DNA of 63,432 nucleotides, filler included, from Hausera hauseri (Eukaryota), in the NCBI GenBank assembly GCA_046269625.1. It is 11 parts of 11 records of this genome, joined end to end, with 100 filler letters (N's around TTAATTAATTAA, not from the genome) between each part and the next. Parts side by side here need not be neighbours in the genome. Positions count along the whole stretch, not along the records: positions 34,492 to 39,653 come from JBJURY010318272.1; positions 39,754 to 46,331 come from JBJURY010084769.1; positions 46,432 to 51,125 come from JBJURY010472688.1; positions 51,226 to 59,326 come from JBJURY010773204.1; 7 more parts are not named here. One strand, written 5' to 3'. A model generated the notes under the pieces. The model was not told the DNA's origin. It searched no databases and was given only the letters and a program-made list of their open reading frames with translations. This document shows, piece by piece, positions 39,398-53,215 of the stretch; position 1 is the stretch's first letter; each line of letters opens with the position of its first letter. The translations under genes were made by a program, and so were the position numbers.

Positions 39398-39515
39398 ACG
39401 TGGTTATGCTGAAGCCGAAATTCAAGCTGTATTTGAAAAATATGATTCTAATCAGGACAGACAGCTGGATGTAGGAGAACAAAGTGTTATGCGAAACGAA
39501 CTGGAAGATCAAAAA
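39398..39515 (+). CDS. PKD2: Polycystin-2 family, internal exon encoding the C-terminal EF-hand
   Basis: TTTAG|..RGYAEAEIQAVFEKYDSNQDRQLDVGEQSVMRNELEDQK|GTATGT resembles PKD2 [35 protein letters not shown]. Confidence 0.85.
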
Positions 39516-39653
39516 GTATGTGCATGTCCCATATTTTATGTATTTTCTGTACTGCAGTTATCATTGATTTTATGTTGACTGACACTTTTTCGTTTTGCAG
39601 TTTTTCTCTTTCTGTTTCTTAACCTTTATAGCTTTCACTTTGACACGGGAGGT

Positions 39654-39753
39654 NNNNNNNNNNNNNNNNNNNNNNNNNNNNNNNNNNNNNNNNNNNNTTA
39701 ATTAATTAANNNNNNNNNNNNNNNNNNNNNNNNNNNNNNNNNNNNNNNNNNNN
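39654..39753. other. Artificial contig spacer
   Basis: Same 100-nt linker. Confidence 0.98.
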
Positions 39754-40150
39754 AGTTATGTCTCTTCATCTGTGCCAACCTAAAAGGACAAATGGTAGCA
39801 CGGATAACCATTTTAGACGTTGATCTGCAGTGAATTTTCAAACAGACATTTAAAGTACGATGGGATCTTTTAATGAGTCCATTATCGTGAGGTGATTTGG
39901 GAAATATGTACATGTTTAATTCTCAATTTGTTAGTCAGCACTTAAAAACAGACAATTCAAACTGAGTACCTTGACCGGTGGTAAGTTATTTAGGAGAACC
40001 AAAACGGTTAATCCAAGTTGAAATAAAGATGCCATCGATGGTATTGGCATCAATAGAACGTAATAGAACGACGTCTGGCCAATGAGATGACTTATTCATC
40101 ATGGTCAATAAATATTGGTAATCCTGGTTCTGTGTGTAAGACACAATTAT
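39754..40150 (-). mobile_element. Ty3/gypsy integrase remnant related to the CsRn1-like family
   Basis: WPDVVLLRSIDANTIDGIFISTWINRFGSP..TGQGTQF..LRIKHVH, similar to 13850-14050. Confidence 0.8.
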
Positions 40151-41320
40151 ATTAAACAATATTGGATTTACATGTTTCTTATTTGAAATGCATATACTGT
40201 ATATCTGTTTGCGAAATTGGGTAATTACAGCTCACTTGAAGGAATCACGTAAATTCTCAACTAATTTGTTTAAATTACTGTTTCAAATACAAATATAATT
40301 TTACAAATGAATCTGAATATTTTAACTAAAGACATGGTTAATACTGTGGATGCGACACAATTATGTCTAAATGAACTGTACGGAATCTTGGTGTGTCAGG
40401 AACATTATAAGCAGGATGAAATAAATGTTTGGTAACCTTGCAGCATGGACAAGATGTTCAAGAACGTATCCAAATCGACATATCTTAGCGCATGTTAAAC
40501 AAAATTGTCTTGAGATGAAGCAACCCGTAAGTATGTTTCCTTTTGGGGTGGTGCAAATTATGGACTTGAGCAAAGATCCCATTTCAAAGGAATTCTCCTA
40601 AAAGCACAAATTTATTCTTGTCAGATGTCGTAGTGAATACTGTCGATTTTCTTAGTACAGTTAACAACCAATAAGTTCTCAACTTCTGGATGGTGCCTTT
40701 AAATGAATCTGGAGTTATGAATGGTTCAAAACCAATATCCAAACAGAACACAGTACGAAATTTTCAACCAAATAATAGTTCAAATCCATGGTAATAAGGT
40801 CATGATATAACTTCAACAAACGAATATTCGATTTTTCGCATATCACTCTGTATGTGTTCAATAATATTCATTTTGAAATGTGTATCACACTTAATACAAA
40901 ACTAAAGTTAAAGAATTATCACGATTTTCTCCATCCAACAATAAACGAAACTTTAGTTTCCATTGAATATAAACTTAATCAGTATTTTGAACTTTCTCCA
41001 TTTTAACAAAACATTTCGAAAACTAATCCAAATATTATTTGATTGTTTAAATTTCAATATACAAATAGTTTCAAAGAAAATATTGGATTTCAATAAATCA
41101 AGTATAAAACACAAGCTATGTGAAAGGTTTGCGTCTGAATTTATATTTTATCGTTAAGACACTAATCATTCGTGTCACTGCGTATTTTGTATTAAAGTGA
41201 GATGACATTAGTTTTGCCAGAATGTGCAGATTTCAAAAACTGCTGAATAATCCAGTTTACTGCAGCAATTCATCACAAACCTTATGCGGCGTATCATATT
41301 TGCTCACAATGACATATTGT

Positions 41321-41330
41321 CTATATTTGG
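41321..41330. promoter_or_regulatory. CArG-like box upstream of actin
   Basis: CTATATTTGG, one mismatch from CC(A/T)6GG, about 75 nt before the actin ATG; SRF/CArG control is typical of actin genes. Confidence 0.35.
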
Positions 41331-41391
41331 ACATGATAATCTGTTCACTACCAATTATTTAAACAAAGCTGACTTGAACGGTACTTATTAA

Positions 41392-42531
<1,140 letters not shown>

Positions 42532-44338
42532 CTGTTACATATTTGGTATTATTGAAATTCATATATTAAGTGTGAACTATTTTCGCTCTGAATGTAGAAA
42601 TTTCCGTCATTTTAAAATTTGTAATAAATTTTTGAGATTTCATTTCATTGATTATTTTACCATGAAAGTTTGTCATCTTATATATTAACTTTACGTTATG
42701 TAAATTGTAAATGTGCATTGACATGGTGCTATATCATTCTTTTTCGTTGTTATGCTTTTAAACGTATACTTGGCTCATGAATAGTTCCACATGTAATCTA
42801 CAGGTATCGGATATTACCGTTTTATAGAATTGGTTTTAATAAAACATTTCAAATTACCATCACCCTATTGTTGTTTACAGAATAAACGTTTAACCCGGCA
42901 TTGGTCCTCATGGATCTGGTAGACCTTGTGGTAAATTCTTCTTCAAATTTCTGGAGTTTATTAACGGATTGTCACATTTCACTTCAGGAATCTTTTAAAA
43001 ATGCTTTTAAATGATGTATGAAAATTTTGGTTAAAGTTCAAAAAAGTTCCACAATAAATTTTCATTGAATGTTGTAGGAAACGAATTTCACTGTAAACTA
43101 GGGTTTTTCATAACAAATAGTCATGTTGCGGTTTTGCGGTTTTAAAAACGGTTTTAAAAGATGTTGCGGTAAATAGATTAGATTTTAAAAGTGTTGCGGA
43201 ATAAAATATGATAAAAATTTATTCGAAATTAAAAAACAAAAAAGAAAAAAATGTTATATAATGTTAATGAAAAACTTATTGATTTTTGGTACTACAATCA
43301 GTGCCACACGTTTTAGTGATAAATAGACTAACGAAAGTCTACTTATCATATTTATGTTAAATTTATGTAAATTTATTAATAATTTAAATTAATAATTTTA
43401 AAAGACAAAAATAAAAATTTAAAAGGTTAACTAACTTGCCGAAAGTACCAAAACAGGTACTTCAAAATTTAACTTATTTTGACTCAGTTTTGAGTCATTT
43501 ACAACAAAGTTTAGAGCAGACCTCCAGAAAGTTACTATGAAAAGTAACAATCTGACAGGCCATCAAAAGGGACCCCCTGAAAATTAAATTATTTTTCTGT
43601 GCAGCCCGGTAGAATGTAAAAAACACCCTCTTAAACTTACCAAATATAGTAAGTTGAAAACTCCATGCAAATTAAAATTGCTATTTAAACAGAAGTCAAA
43701 ATCATTCTTAGACACAATTTTTAACACAAAACTTCGAGAGACAAAGTCTCATTTGCGATTTGAAAGCGCAGACACAGTTGTCAATTCATTTGGAACCAGT
43801 TTTCCGACCTGAATTTTGAGACCGCAAATTTGGTTATTCCGCTTCTTCCGGACAAATTTGTGATTCCACTTCTTCTGGAATTGGCCCTCAAAATTTATTT
43901 AGAATTAGGTATAAAAACCTAATTCTTCAAACCAAACTATTTGTGCAGAATCTGCAAGGAAACAATACATCGCGGTTGTATCGTTTTCCAGTACAAAATT
44001 GTACTTTGATATTTCCAATAAACAGTTCAAGTTTTTCAGTCTTATCCATTAATTGGAAAGGTAACATTTTAATACATTTACGTGTTTTTATTTTTCTTCT
44101 TTGAAAATAATTAACTTTATCCCGCTAACTAAGAGCGCTCGCAGCCGAACAGCATAGTAGGCTACGCGAAACACACAAAAGTAATTAAAATATTACATTA
44201 GCAAATAATTCTTCTTATTTAAAATTTTTTCCTTGAAGTGTAAAAATCCTTATACAAGAAATCTCAACAAATAAAATCAATCAAAGTTTCATGTGCATTG
44301 AAACCTTTCTAAACCGTTTAAAAAACAGAATTGAAAAT

Positions 44339-45055
44339 TTAATTTGCACTACTTGGATTGTCGTAATAAGCATGTTGTGATGTTTCTAAAAATCGTTCAT
44401 TGCATATATCAAATCTGGAAAAATCAATTGAGTTAAATCCAGAATTTATCTGATATATAAGTTTTATTTGCGACGTTATTGTTTCAGCCATTTTGTAAAT
44501 GTCGCAAATCATTGAACCAACTAATTTCGAATGCATTGTCAATGGACCAATTAATAAATCCAATATGGCTAAGTTTGCGTGTAAAAAATACATGACTTCT
44601 TGTTGGCTCCTAGCATCTGTAGACAGAACTTTATTCAGATCCAATAAATGACTCAATGATGCCATAAAATTGTGACAGTATTTCCCATATTTTTCATTAA
44701 ATTTTTCAACGTTATTTATTAATTTTTTAATGCCCGATTTCCTTTTGGTTGTATCGAATGTATTTTTTTGAAATTCGTCAACACTCATTCCCCCTTTGAT
44801 CAAGGAAGGTTTTGAACTTGAATTTGAATCTAATCCTCTAATTTTACTTTTACAATGCTTCAAACTGTTCCTTCTGTGAATAATGTCAAATAAACAGTGA
44901 TTTGGAGAAAACAATGATGACAGTCTGCTCGGTTTACGAGGTCGAGTAGGAACCTTTCGAATGTGTCGTTTCAACTTTTGTTTTTGTGCCTCTTTGGCTG
45001 GATATTCCAGTGTTTTTGACACTCTGTACTTGCAGATTTTGAAACATTGCAACAT
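44339..45055 (-). CDS. Hypothetical protein, 238 aa, single exon
   Basis: ATG-to-stop ORF too long to be likely by chance in such AT-rich DNA; basic N-half, helical-looking C-half; no family recognised. Confidence 0.6.
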   Translation of the reverse strand: MLQCFKICKYRVSKTLEYPAKEAQKQKLKRHIRKVPTRPRKPSRLSSLFSPNHCLFDIIHRRNSLKHCKSKIRGLDSNSSSKPSLIKGGMSVDEFQKNTFDTTKRKSGIKKLINNVEKFNEKYGKYCHNFMASLSHLLDLNKVLSTDARSQQEVMYFLHANLAILDLLIGPLTMHSKLVGSMICDIYKMAETITSQIKLIYQINSGFNSIDFSRFDICNERFLETSQHAYYDNPSSAN

Positions 45056-45909
45056 TGTCTATTGTGGATTTTATAGATTTATTATAATATTGATTTTTCT
45101 TTAAAAACTTTTGGTGAAACCATGTAAATTATTGTTAATTAATTACGAAATAAGTCACTAAAATACTACTTCTAATTTGTTGTTCGATACGGGTAAGAGA
45201 TACTGTTTTTTTATGTTTTGTCGATTTAATAAACATCCGTCTAATATCTGACTCATAACATGTCATCGGTCATATGAAAAGCTAATATTTATATAGAATG
45301 AAGAAATTTTAGTGATGTAAGTAATAATTGGGCTAATACATTGTACTTTGATGAAACATGAACGACAACTTTAATAAAATATTGGTTGAAAAGCTAAACG
45401 AAAATTTTATGAAATTAAAAATTTTTTGCTCTTTATGAGGAAACTGGAGAATTGCAAAATGATGTAGTATTTCGCATAAAATTGTGTAGTTGTAGAATCT
45501 GTGGAACTACTAAGGTAAGATGTATGAAACGTCAATAGGAACAATATCATTTTATGTGGTAAGTTTACTTTTATCCATTATAACTATTCTTCAGGAAACT
45601 GCACTGCGGAATGGGTAAACAATCCATGTAAAAACTCGCAGGTGAGGTGCTGATATATCGATTCCCAAAGCATTCAAATGCAGCATTAAATTCATCACTC
45701 ACTGAGCTGAGCACGGCAAATTAAAAAAGCTCTCATCGGTTCTGTACAAACTACTGAATAAGTAACAATATCTCTTCCTCGAATCGATAAATGCCACAAG
45801 CGATCTTATGGAAAATCCATCATCAAGCCAAAACACACGAGCTTCAAACAAATTTTACACTTGAGAAAAATATGGAGTTTTGAAGTTAGAACCGTACAAA
45901 ATTGAAAGA

Positions 45910-46331
45910 TAAAAAATACGAACAAAACAGACAATCGTAGATATAACCAAAAACACGAACAAAAAAGATAAAGGTGGATTTAACCAAAGCACGAACAAAA
46001 TAGACGATGGTGGAAGTGACCAAAATACAAACAGAAGAGATGCTGCTAGATATAACCAAAACATGAACAAAACAGATGATGGTGAAATATCTAAAACACC
46101 AACAAAACAGATGACGTTAGAAATAACCAAAACCCAAACAAAACAGATAATGGTAGATATAACCAAAACACGAACAAAACAGATAACGGTAAATTTAACC
46201 AAAGCACTAACAAAATAGACGATGTTTGAAATAACAAAATACGAACGCAACAGATGATGATAGATTCAACCAAAACACGAACAAAACAGATAACTGTAGA
46301 TATGACCAAAACACAAACAAAACAGATGATA
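45910..46331. repeat. 36-bp minisatellite, about 12 copies
   Basis: Consensus close to AAAACAGATGATGGTAGATATAACCAAAACACGAAC. Confidence 0.92.
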
Positions 46332-46431
46332 NNNNNNNNNNNNNNNNNNNNNNNNNNNNNNNNNNNNNNNNNNNNTTAATTAATTAANNNNNNNNNNNNN
46401 NNNNNNNNNNNNNNNNNNNNNNNNNNNNNNN
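46332..46431. other. Artificial contig spacer
   Basis: Same 100-nt linker. Confidence 0.98.
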
Positions 46432-46433
46432 AA

Positions 46434-47183
46434 GTTCGAGTATTGCAATACATGTGTAAGTATTCGACTCATTCCGATTATTCGGACACGTCGAATGGAC
46501 TCGTCGATATGGTCAATGGGATTATGACACCGCAGAACTTCTTTTATACGGCAATTACGTATTTTCAGTACGCGAAAACGCTTTGCTTTTCTGAAGTGTA
46601 CGTCAAAATCCGGTGCCATTTCCTGACAGCTATTTACACGTTCATCGTAACGTGGAACCATTACGGTTCGACACTGAATTCCAACAGTATCAATTTCATT
46701 TTTCTCATGGAAAGTAAAACGCTATTTTAATCCACCGTTACACAAATCGACGACCTCATTGACAAAAGTGCCTATGCCGATTTGCGAACGATTGACCATT
46801 TCAGACGGTTCTGGAAATCGGCGAGTTTGTTCGTCCATGCGCCGCAGGAGATCATCACGGATTACAGTCCAGATGTGGATATTTCGTCCGGCCATAGGAT
46901 TTCTTATTTGGACTATTGGCTGAAGAGGCTCTGCGATGAGATATCGTGTTCACTGACAAACAGCTAGACTGGCGCCAACCTGATCGGTAAGAGCATATTT
47001 GAATTGTTCCGTAAACAAAAGGATAATTTTATTCTAATCGATGAATTGATGAGATCCATGACGTTATTACAATATAAACCCAATGTTGCCCATTTTAAAC
47101 TGATTGTACAACATCAGATACCCCATTGTATAACAGCCGTTGAAATTACCGATGATGACACTGATATTACGTGGTTCGGGTAG
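46434..47183 (+). pseudogene. Unidentified 250-codon intronless frame with two internal stops
   Basis: One frame joins ORFs 46443-46730 and 46782-46967 and continues to TAG at 47181-47183; CpG-rich codon usage. Confidence 0.5.
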
Positions 47184-47187
47184 AAAC

Positions 47188-50100
47188 TCGGGCACCCTGC
47201 AGTTTGCTGCCCGCCCCGTCGAGGCGGAGATACCGGCCGCCAACCTTACGTCGGTCGGTCGGGGGCACTTTCGATGTCGGCCCCAAGTCATCCCCAGGCC
47301 CACCACTTGCCCAACCTCCATCCTTTTTTTATAACAACATTCACATATATACCCTCAATACTACACACCCGCATATCCCCACCTTTCAAACTCATCTTTC
47401 TTCTATCCTTGGTTCTTCTGACTTCTATCTTAGCCATCGCGGCACTATCATACACCTCAACGAAACATTACCCTCCTTTTTAAATGACGCTTGCTTCAAC
47501 ATACATCTCCGTATCCGTGGTGGAATGAATTCCCCACTAACTATCGACACCACGCATACAACCACCACAAAAAAGCCAATACCCATTCTTTACTACTCCA
47601 AACCAAACCCTCCACTTTTTTAATCGATGCAAATCCCCATAAACATCCTACCAATACTTCGCACTGCACTGAATATTTCATAGATAATGAAAAGTCCAGT
47701 AAAACGTGTCTTCACTTTCATCAACTCTGGCTACAGTCTAATGGTATCACGGACTCCTTATCTAAAGCCCACAGCTTACTCTATCTTCTTCGAAATGCCA
47801 TAAAGGCCTCAATCCACAACTTACTAGACATATTTTAACATCCTGACCCTTATACCCAATTATTCGGCGTTGTCTTAAAACAGACCAAATCTTCAATTGA
47901 CTCCATAGTGCAGCGTTTCTTTAACGAAAATGCACGGCACAAAAAACCCGAGTAACTAAGGAACATAACTTGGATTTTCTACGCCATTATTTTCTGAATG
48001 CCCTACCTATCCAAATCTGGGTCCTTCTTACCGTGGTTGGAGACTCCACGCCGCTTGATAAATTGGCCGAATTGGCCGATAGGACATACGATGTCCTACA
48101 TAAATTCACAACCAGTAGTTTCAGCAGCAGTTGCTGCTAACGATATACAAACAACTAACACGTCCACAGAACAGCAGCTTAATCAGCTACGAGCTGAAAA
48201 TATTGCATTGCAGGCAATTATCAACAACATAAATAATAAATTAAATGAATTGTCTTTGTCCCGACGAAGGGGTTTTGCCGCTTCCCGTACCCGTTCTACG
48301 TCACGAAACCGCATACCATCGCCTGCGCGTTCGTCGATCTGCTACTACCACAGCAGATTCAACACAAGTGCTCAGAAATGCTCCCTTGGTTGCCAGTTTT
48401 ATAACCAGCAGTTTTCCTGAAACACCGTTGTTTGCATTTATCACGCGAGATTCAAAAATCAAGCACGTAAATGTATCCCTGGCTTTACCTTCAAATCCAA
48501 CACGAACGACGGATGTACTGCCTTCACTTCTCACAATCGTCCCAGTTCATCTTTCCAAAAATCCAACTTCGCCGCCAGTGGTCACGGCAAACTCTGGCAA
48601 AGGCACTCTTTCACATTCTGGCCACCGACACATCTCTTTCGCTGTCTTCACGCTAAAGGCTGCAATCACTGCCCCTACAACTCAATCTCTTGACTTTTTT
48701 ATTAATACAGGGGCCGCAATTTCTCTTACCGCAAATCTTTCCTACACAAAATTTTCCATTAAAACTTAAGCCTTTATATACTGCTTCAGGCCAGCCGCTA
48801 CACATCTCGGGCAGGGCTACACTGTCTTTCAAATTAACAAATTTCTCTACATCTTTCCGCTGGACGTTCACAATCGCTAACGTCCAGTCAGCAATCTTTG
48901 GTTCTGACTTCCTCTCACATTACTATCCACTGGTTGACTGCAGCCAGTAATGTTTGAGGAATGGCACCACTGGCGACATTTCTGGACATGTAAATAACGT
49001 TTCGACTATCGCGCAGTCGACCGGAATGCGGAAATCAATCTTAAAAAATCAACGATTAATTCAGATTTTCATAATAATTATATTCGTAAATTCTTAAACA
49101 ATAACACTGATATACGATCGAGATTTCATGTCTATAAGTATGGTATTGCCACCAACATTGTTCCATTCAGCGAAGTAACTTCATCCAACACCATCTTCAA
49201 TTCAACCATTTTACACCAAATACCACTTGACTGCACAACACCTAACAACTCACAAATTGCATCTGCTACTACTCAAGCCGTGTCACCACCTTCACCAAAT
49301 CTCTCACAGTTACCTACAACTTTACAACAGTTTATCAACAAATCATGTCCACGCGTACTTAAAAAAGATTGTACTTTCACTCCTGCCAACAGCACTCTAC
49401 ACCATATGGTCACACAGTATCAACGTCCAATACGCCAAAAGGTACGACCTCTGTCATCTCGCCGTAGACAGGCCGTAGAACCCGAATTTCTCGAACTAGA
49501 ACGTTCTGGCATATTATGCAGTTCCAAATATCCTTGGTCATCACCTTTACACGTTGTACAAAAAAGGATGGTACTTTTAGATTATGCGGTGATTACCGAC
49601 AGCTTAACAACTTGACTATCATTGACGCATATCCTTTACCACTCATCAAGGATAGCTCGCATTGCCTCAATTCAACCACCATCTATTCAACCACGATTTA
49701 GCTAAAGCATACCATCAAATACCGGTGGCACCCGAAGACATTGAAAAAACCGCAGTAACTACTCCTCTGGGCCTCTACGAATATCTATTTATGCCATTCC
49801 GTTTGTGGAATGCCGCACAAACTTTTCAGCGGCCCATTAATTCAGCTATTGCAGATTTCCCGTTTGCTCACCCTTATATCGATGATATTTTAGTCGTTTC
49901 ATCTTCGGCCAAGCAACAAGAAGAACACCTTCGCGCAAAATTTCAACGTCTCAACCATCATAATCTACAAATTAATTTTGACAAACACCAATTTTTCAAA
50001 AAGTTCATTAATATTTTAGGCCACGTTATTACACCAGACGGTCATTCCCCCCAATCAGACCGAGTCGAAGCTGTTAAAAATATCCAATCGCCACGTACGA

Positions 50101-51125
50101 CCACCGAAATGCGTAGCTTCTTTGGTACACTCCACTTCGTACATAAATATGTACCATATTGCTCGGAATTGACAGCACCATTCACACACCTAAGCGGCGG
50201 CAAAAAGCATCAGCCAATCCAGTGGACACCTGAATTGGTTGAAAAATTTGATAAGCTACGCGAAGGTATCAAAACCGTCCAAATTCTAGTTTTTCCCAAG
50301 CCTGATGCAGAACTCTTCCTTACTACAGGCGCGTCAACCACTGTAGTAGGCGCTGTACTCCACCAGATCTACAAGGGAGAAAATCAACTATTAGAATTTT
50401 TTTCTCGCAAGCTAACAGCACCTGAAACCAAATATACCACGTTCGATCGAGAACTATTGGCTATCGTTTTCGCTTTAAAGCATTTCTCACACTTACTTGT
50501 AGCTCATCATTTCACTCTACAAACTGACCACAAGCCTTTACTTTAAATCGTGACCATGAAACACCCCTCCACACGCCAAGTGCGACAATTATCATACTTA
50601 TCGACATTTAACTTCGATATTAAACAAATTAACGGAGTTAACAATTTAGTTGCTGATTTTTTATCTAGGTGGGTTAGTTTGATTAGTTTTTCTCCGATTT
50701 TTAAGCAAAAACAACTTCAACAGAACCAGCTACCTCAAGACATGCTTACGTCTTTTAAATCTTGCACAATCTTTGACGGCGTGGCTTTAGACACCTCCAA
50801 ATCAGGCCATTCCGTAATAATCCTAGCACCATCATTGCAACGACAAGCATTTCATAGCGTCCATTCATTACACCATCCTGGTGCTAAAGCCACTTTCCGC
50901 CTACTCCGTCGACAAGTAATATGGCCGTCAATACGTTTTGATGTGCAGGCATAGGTTAAGGAGTGTGTGGCATGCCAAAAATACAAAAAAACTAAGCATT
51001 TAAAGCCACCATAATTCCACTTTCCCTGCACATTGCGTTTTGAATCCCTGCATATCGACATCGTTGGCCCTCTTCCTCCAGACAACGGTCATCAATTCAT
51101 CCTCACCATGATGGACCGTTCCTCG
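47188..51125 (+). mobile_element. CsRn1-lineage-like Ty3/gypsy retrotransposon: leader, UBL-gag, protease, RT, RNase H, partial integrase
   Basis: Gag CHCC motif CYYHSRFNTSAQKCSLGC (C-X2-H-X9-C-X3-C); protease FFINTGAAIS; RT RLCGDYRQLN, DLAKAYHQIP, YIDDIL; RNase H TFDRELLA, TDHKPL; integrase HHPG..CVACQ, LHIDIVGPL; degraded. Confidence 0.93.
47321..47524 (+). CDS. Ubiquitin-like domain in frame with the gag start
   Basis: 68 aa SFFYNNIHIYTLNT..IPTFQTHLSSILGSSDFYLSHRGTIIHLNETLPSFLNDACFNIHLRIRGG followed directly by ATG at 47525. Confidence 0.7.
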
Positions 51126-51225
51126 NNNNNNNNNNNNNNNNNNNNNNNNNNNNNNNNNNNNNNNNNNNNTTAATTAATTAANNNNNNNNNNNNNNNNNNN
51201 NNNNNNNNNNNNNNNNNNNNNNNNN
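51126..51225. other. Artificial contig spacer
   Basis: Same 100-nt linker. Confidence 0.98.
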
Positions 51226-52290
51226 TATATTTCTGTGGCCATTCGAAGATATTCGAAACAGACAACAACTGGAACTACAAAATCTGTCAATGGAATTATT
51301 CACCAAAAACAGGAGAGTCGCTCCGAAAATAAGCATTCAGTCTACATCACAATCAAGGCCACGCAGGGATTTGACGGACAAGGAAACTAATTCAAATGTC
51401 ATATACCTGGCACCAAATGTCAAAAGATATACAAAAATGGTGCAAAGAGAGCCAACATTGTGCAAAAGTCAAAATATGCAGGCACATCAAATCTCCAATC
51501 ATCACTCTACCACCAGCACGTCGTTTTCATGCTATTCACGTAGGCATAGTCGGGCCACTTCCACCAGTGAACGGCAAGACGTACATTCTGACCATAACCA
51601 ATAAACAAACGCCATGGCCAGAAATGATACCCATCAGGAGAATTACGGCGGAAACAATAGCAAAACACTTACTAGACGACTTGATTGTATGTTTCAGCAT
51701 ACCGGCAGAAATCATGACGGATAGAGGCACGCAATTCATTAGCGCTTTGTTTCAAGAACTGTGCAAATAACTGGTGATTAAGGCTATCCAGACTACGGCG
51801 TACCACCCTTAAGCCTATGGAAAAGTGGAAAAGCTTCACTTCACAATGAAAGCGGCCTTAATGACAGCAACACAAAATCCCCGACGGAACTGGACTAGAC
51901 GTTTGCCGATGGTAGCTCTGTGCTTACGGAACCAGCCCAGAAAGTGTGCGGTTCCAACTTAGCAATCCCAGGAGCAGTATTCCACCAACTAGAGGAGACT
52001 GCACTGGACTTAATAAAACAGCCGAGAGTCGAAAAATTATCTCCACGAACGGCAGCAGTCATCCAACAATTTCGAAAACGATTGAAAATTCCGAATTTGT
52101 CTAAGTCCAAATGCATACAAAGAAAGCACCGGAGGTGCCCTACGAGGGACCATATTTAGTCATGGAAAGATGTCCCAAATACTTCAAGTTGTAAGACGGA
52201 AACAGCATTTCGGTCGATCGACTAAAAACCAGCCTTCCTCACAATTCCGAACGGACCTGAGGGAGAACTGTAGTAACATAAATTCGCGAA
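51226..52290 (+). mobile_element. Ty3/gypsy integrase remnant with polypurine tract and probable 3' LTR start
   Basis: IHVGIVGPLP, TDRGTQF, TTAYHP, PYEGPY, ISVDRLK; PPT GAGGGAGAA at 52259-52267, then TGTAG at 52269. Confidence 0.88.
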
Positions 52291-53215
52291 AATTCATAAA
52301 AGGAATTAAAACGATAATTTGTTTAAATAAGAGTTTTTTTTTTAAATAAGATTTTTGAATTTTTATTCAATTGTTTTCATTGCCTAACGGCACGAATGAC
52401 AACCGACCAAAATCATAACAAATTTATTTTAATTTTTTAAATACAAAATATTAATTTAATAACTTGCTTAGGATATTATGTAACCTTCTGATAATGACAT
52501 CCACAAATTAATATTACAAACAGTATTGGATTAACAACTAGAAATTACAGAAATTTAATTGAATAAACCGGAATAAACTGAAACTTTGAGCTACTCATAC
52601 TTCAGCTCCTCGCTCATCATTGACACCCACAATAAGCCCACCGACTCTTTGAAAGTCGAAATCGATCTCGTTAGAAATCGCTGAGTTAGTTGTAAAATCT
52701 CACGGAACAATCAAATTATTCAATCAATCACCGATATCAGTTTGTAATGAAATAAATTTTGATGTATTTGGAATTTGGCAAATTAAAGTGAATTCCTCAA
52801 TGAGAAAATATCTAATGGCAATATAAGGATTATTCCTCTATTTATTTCTCATATTTGAGTAACCGGCTCTACTCGACTGAAACACTAACCGGCATGATAT
52901 AAAGCGGGTTCGACTGTATTGCAAATTTCTTAATATCAAACTCGCTTAATGATAGATAATGTCATCAGAATTTCGTACTTACAATCATAAAGTTCTGAGG
53001 ATGAAAATCTGAAAAATAGAGAAAATAAAGATTTCACGGGTTCTGTAGTACTACTTTGTACATAGAATAATAGAAGTGCACAAACATATTTATTTTTATT
53101 GAGCACAATTAACAAAACTTTGGTACGATTTTTTAAAACGCACTTTGTTTAAATATTCAAATACTTTCAAATATTTCGTCATACTACAAGTACAACTCAA
53201 ATTTCATCATTTGAA

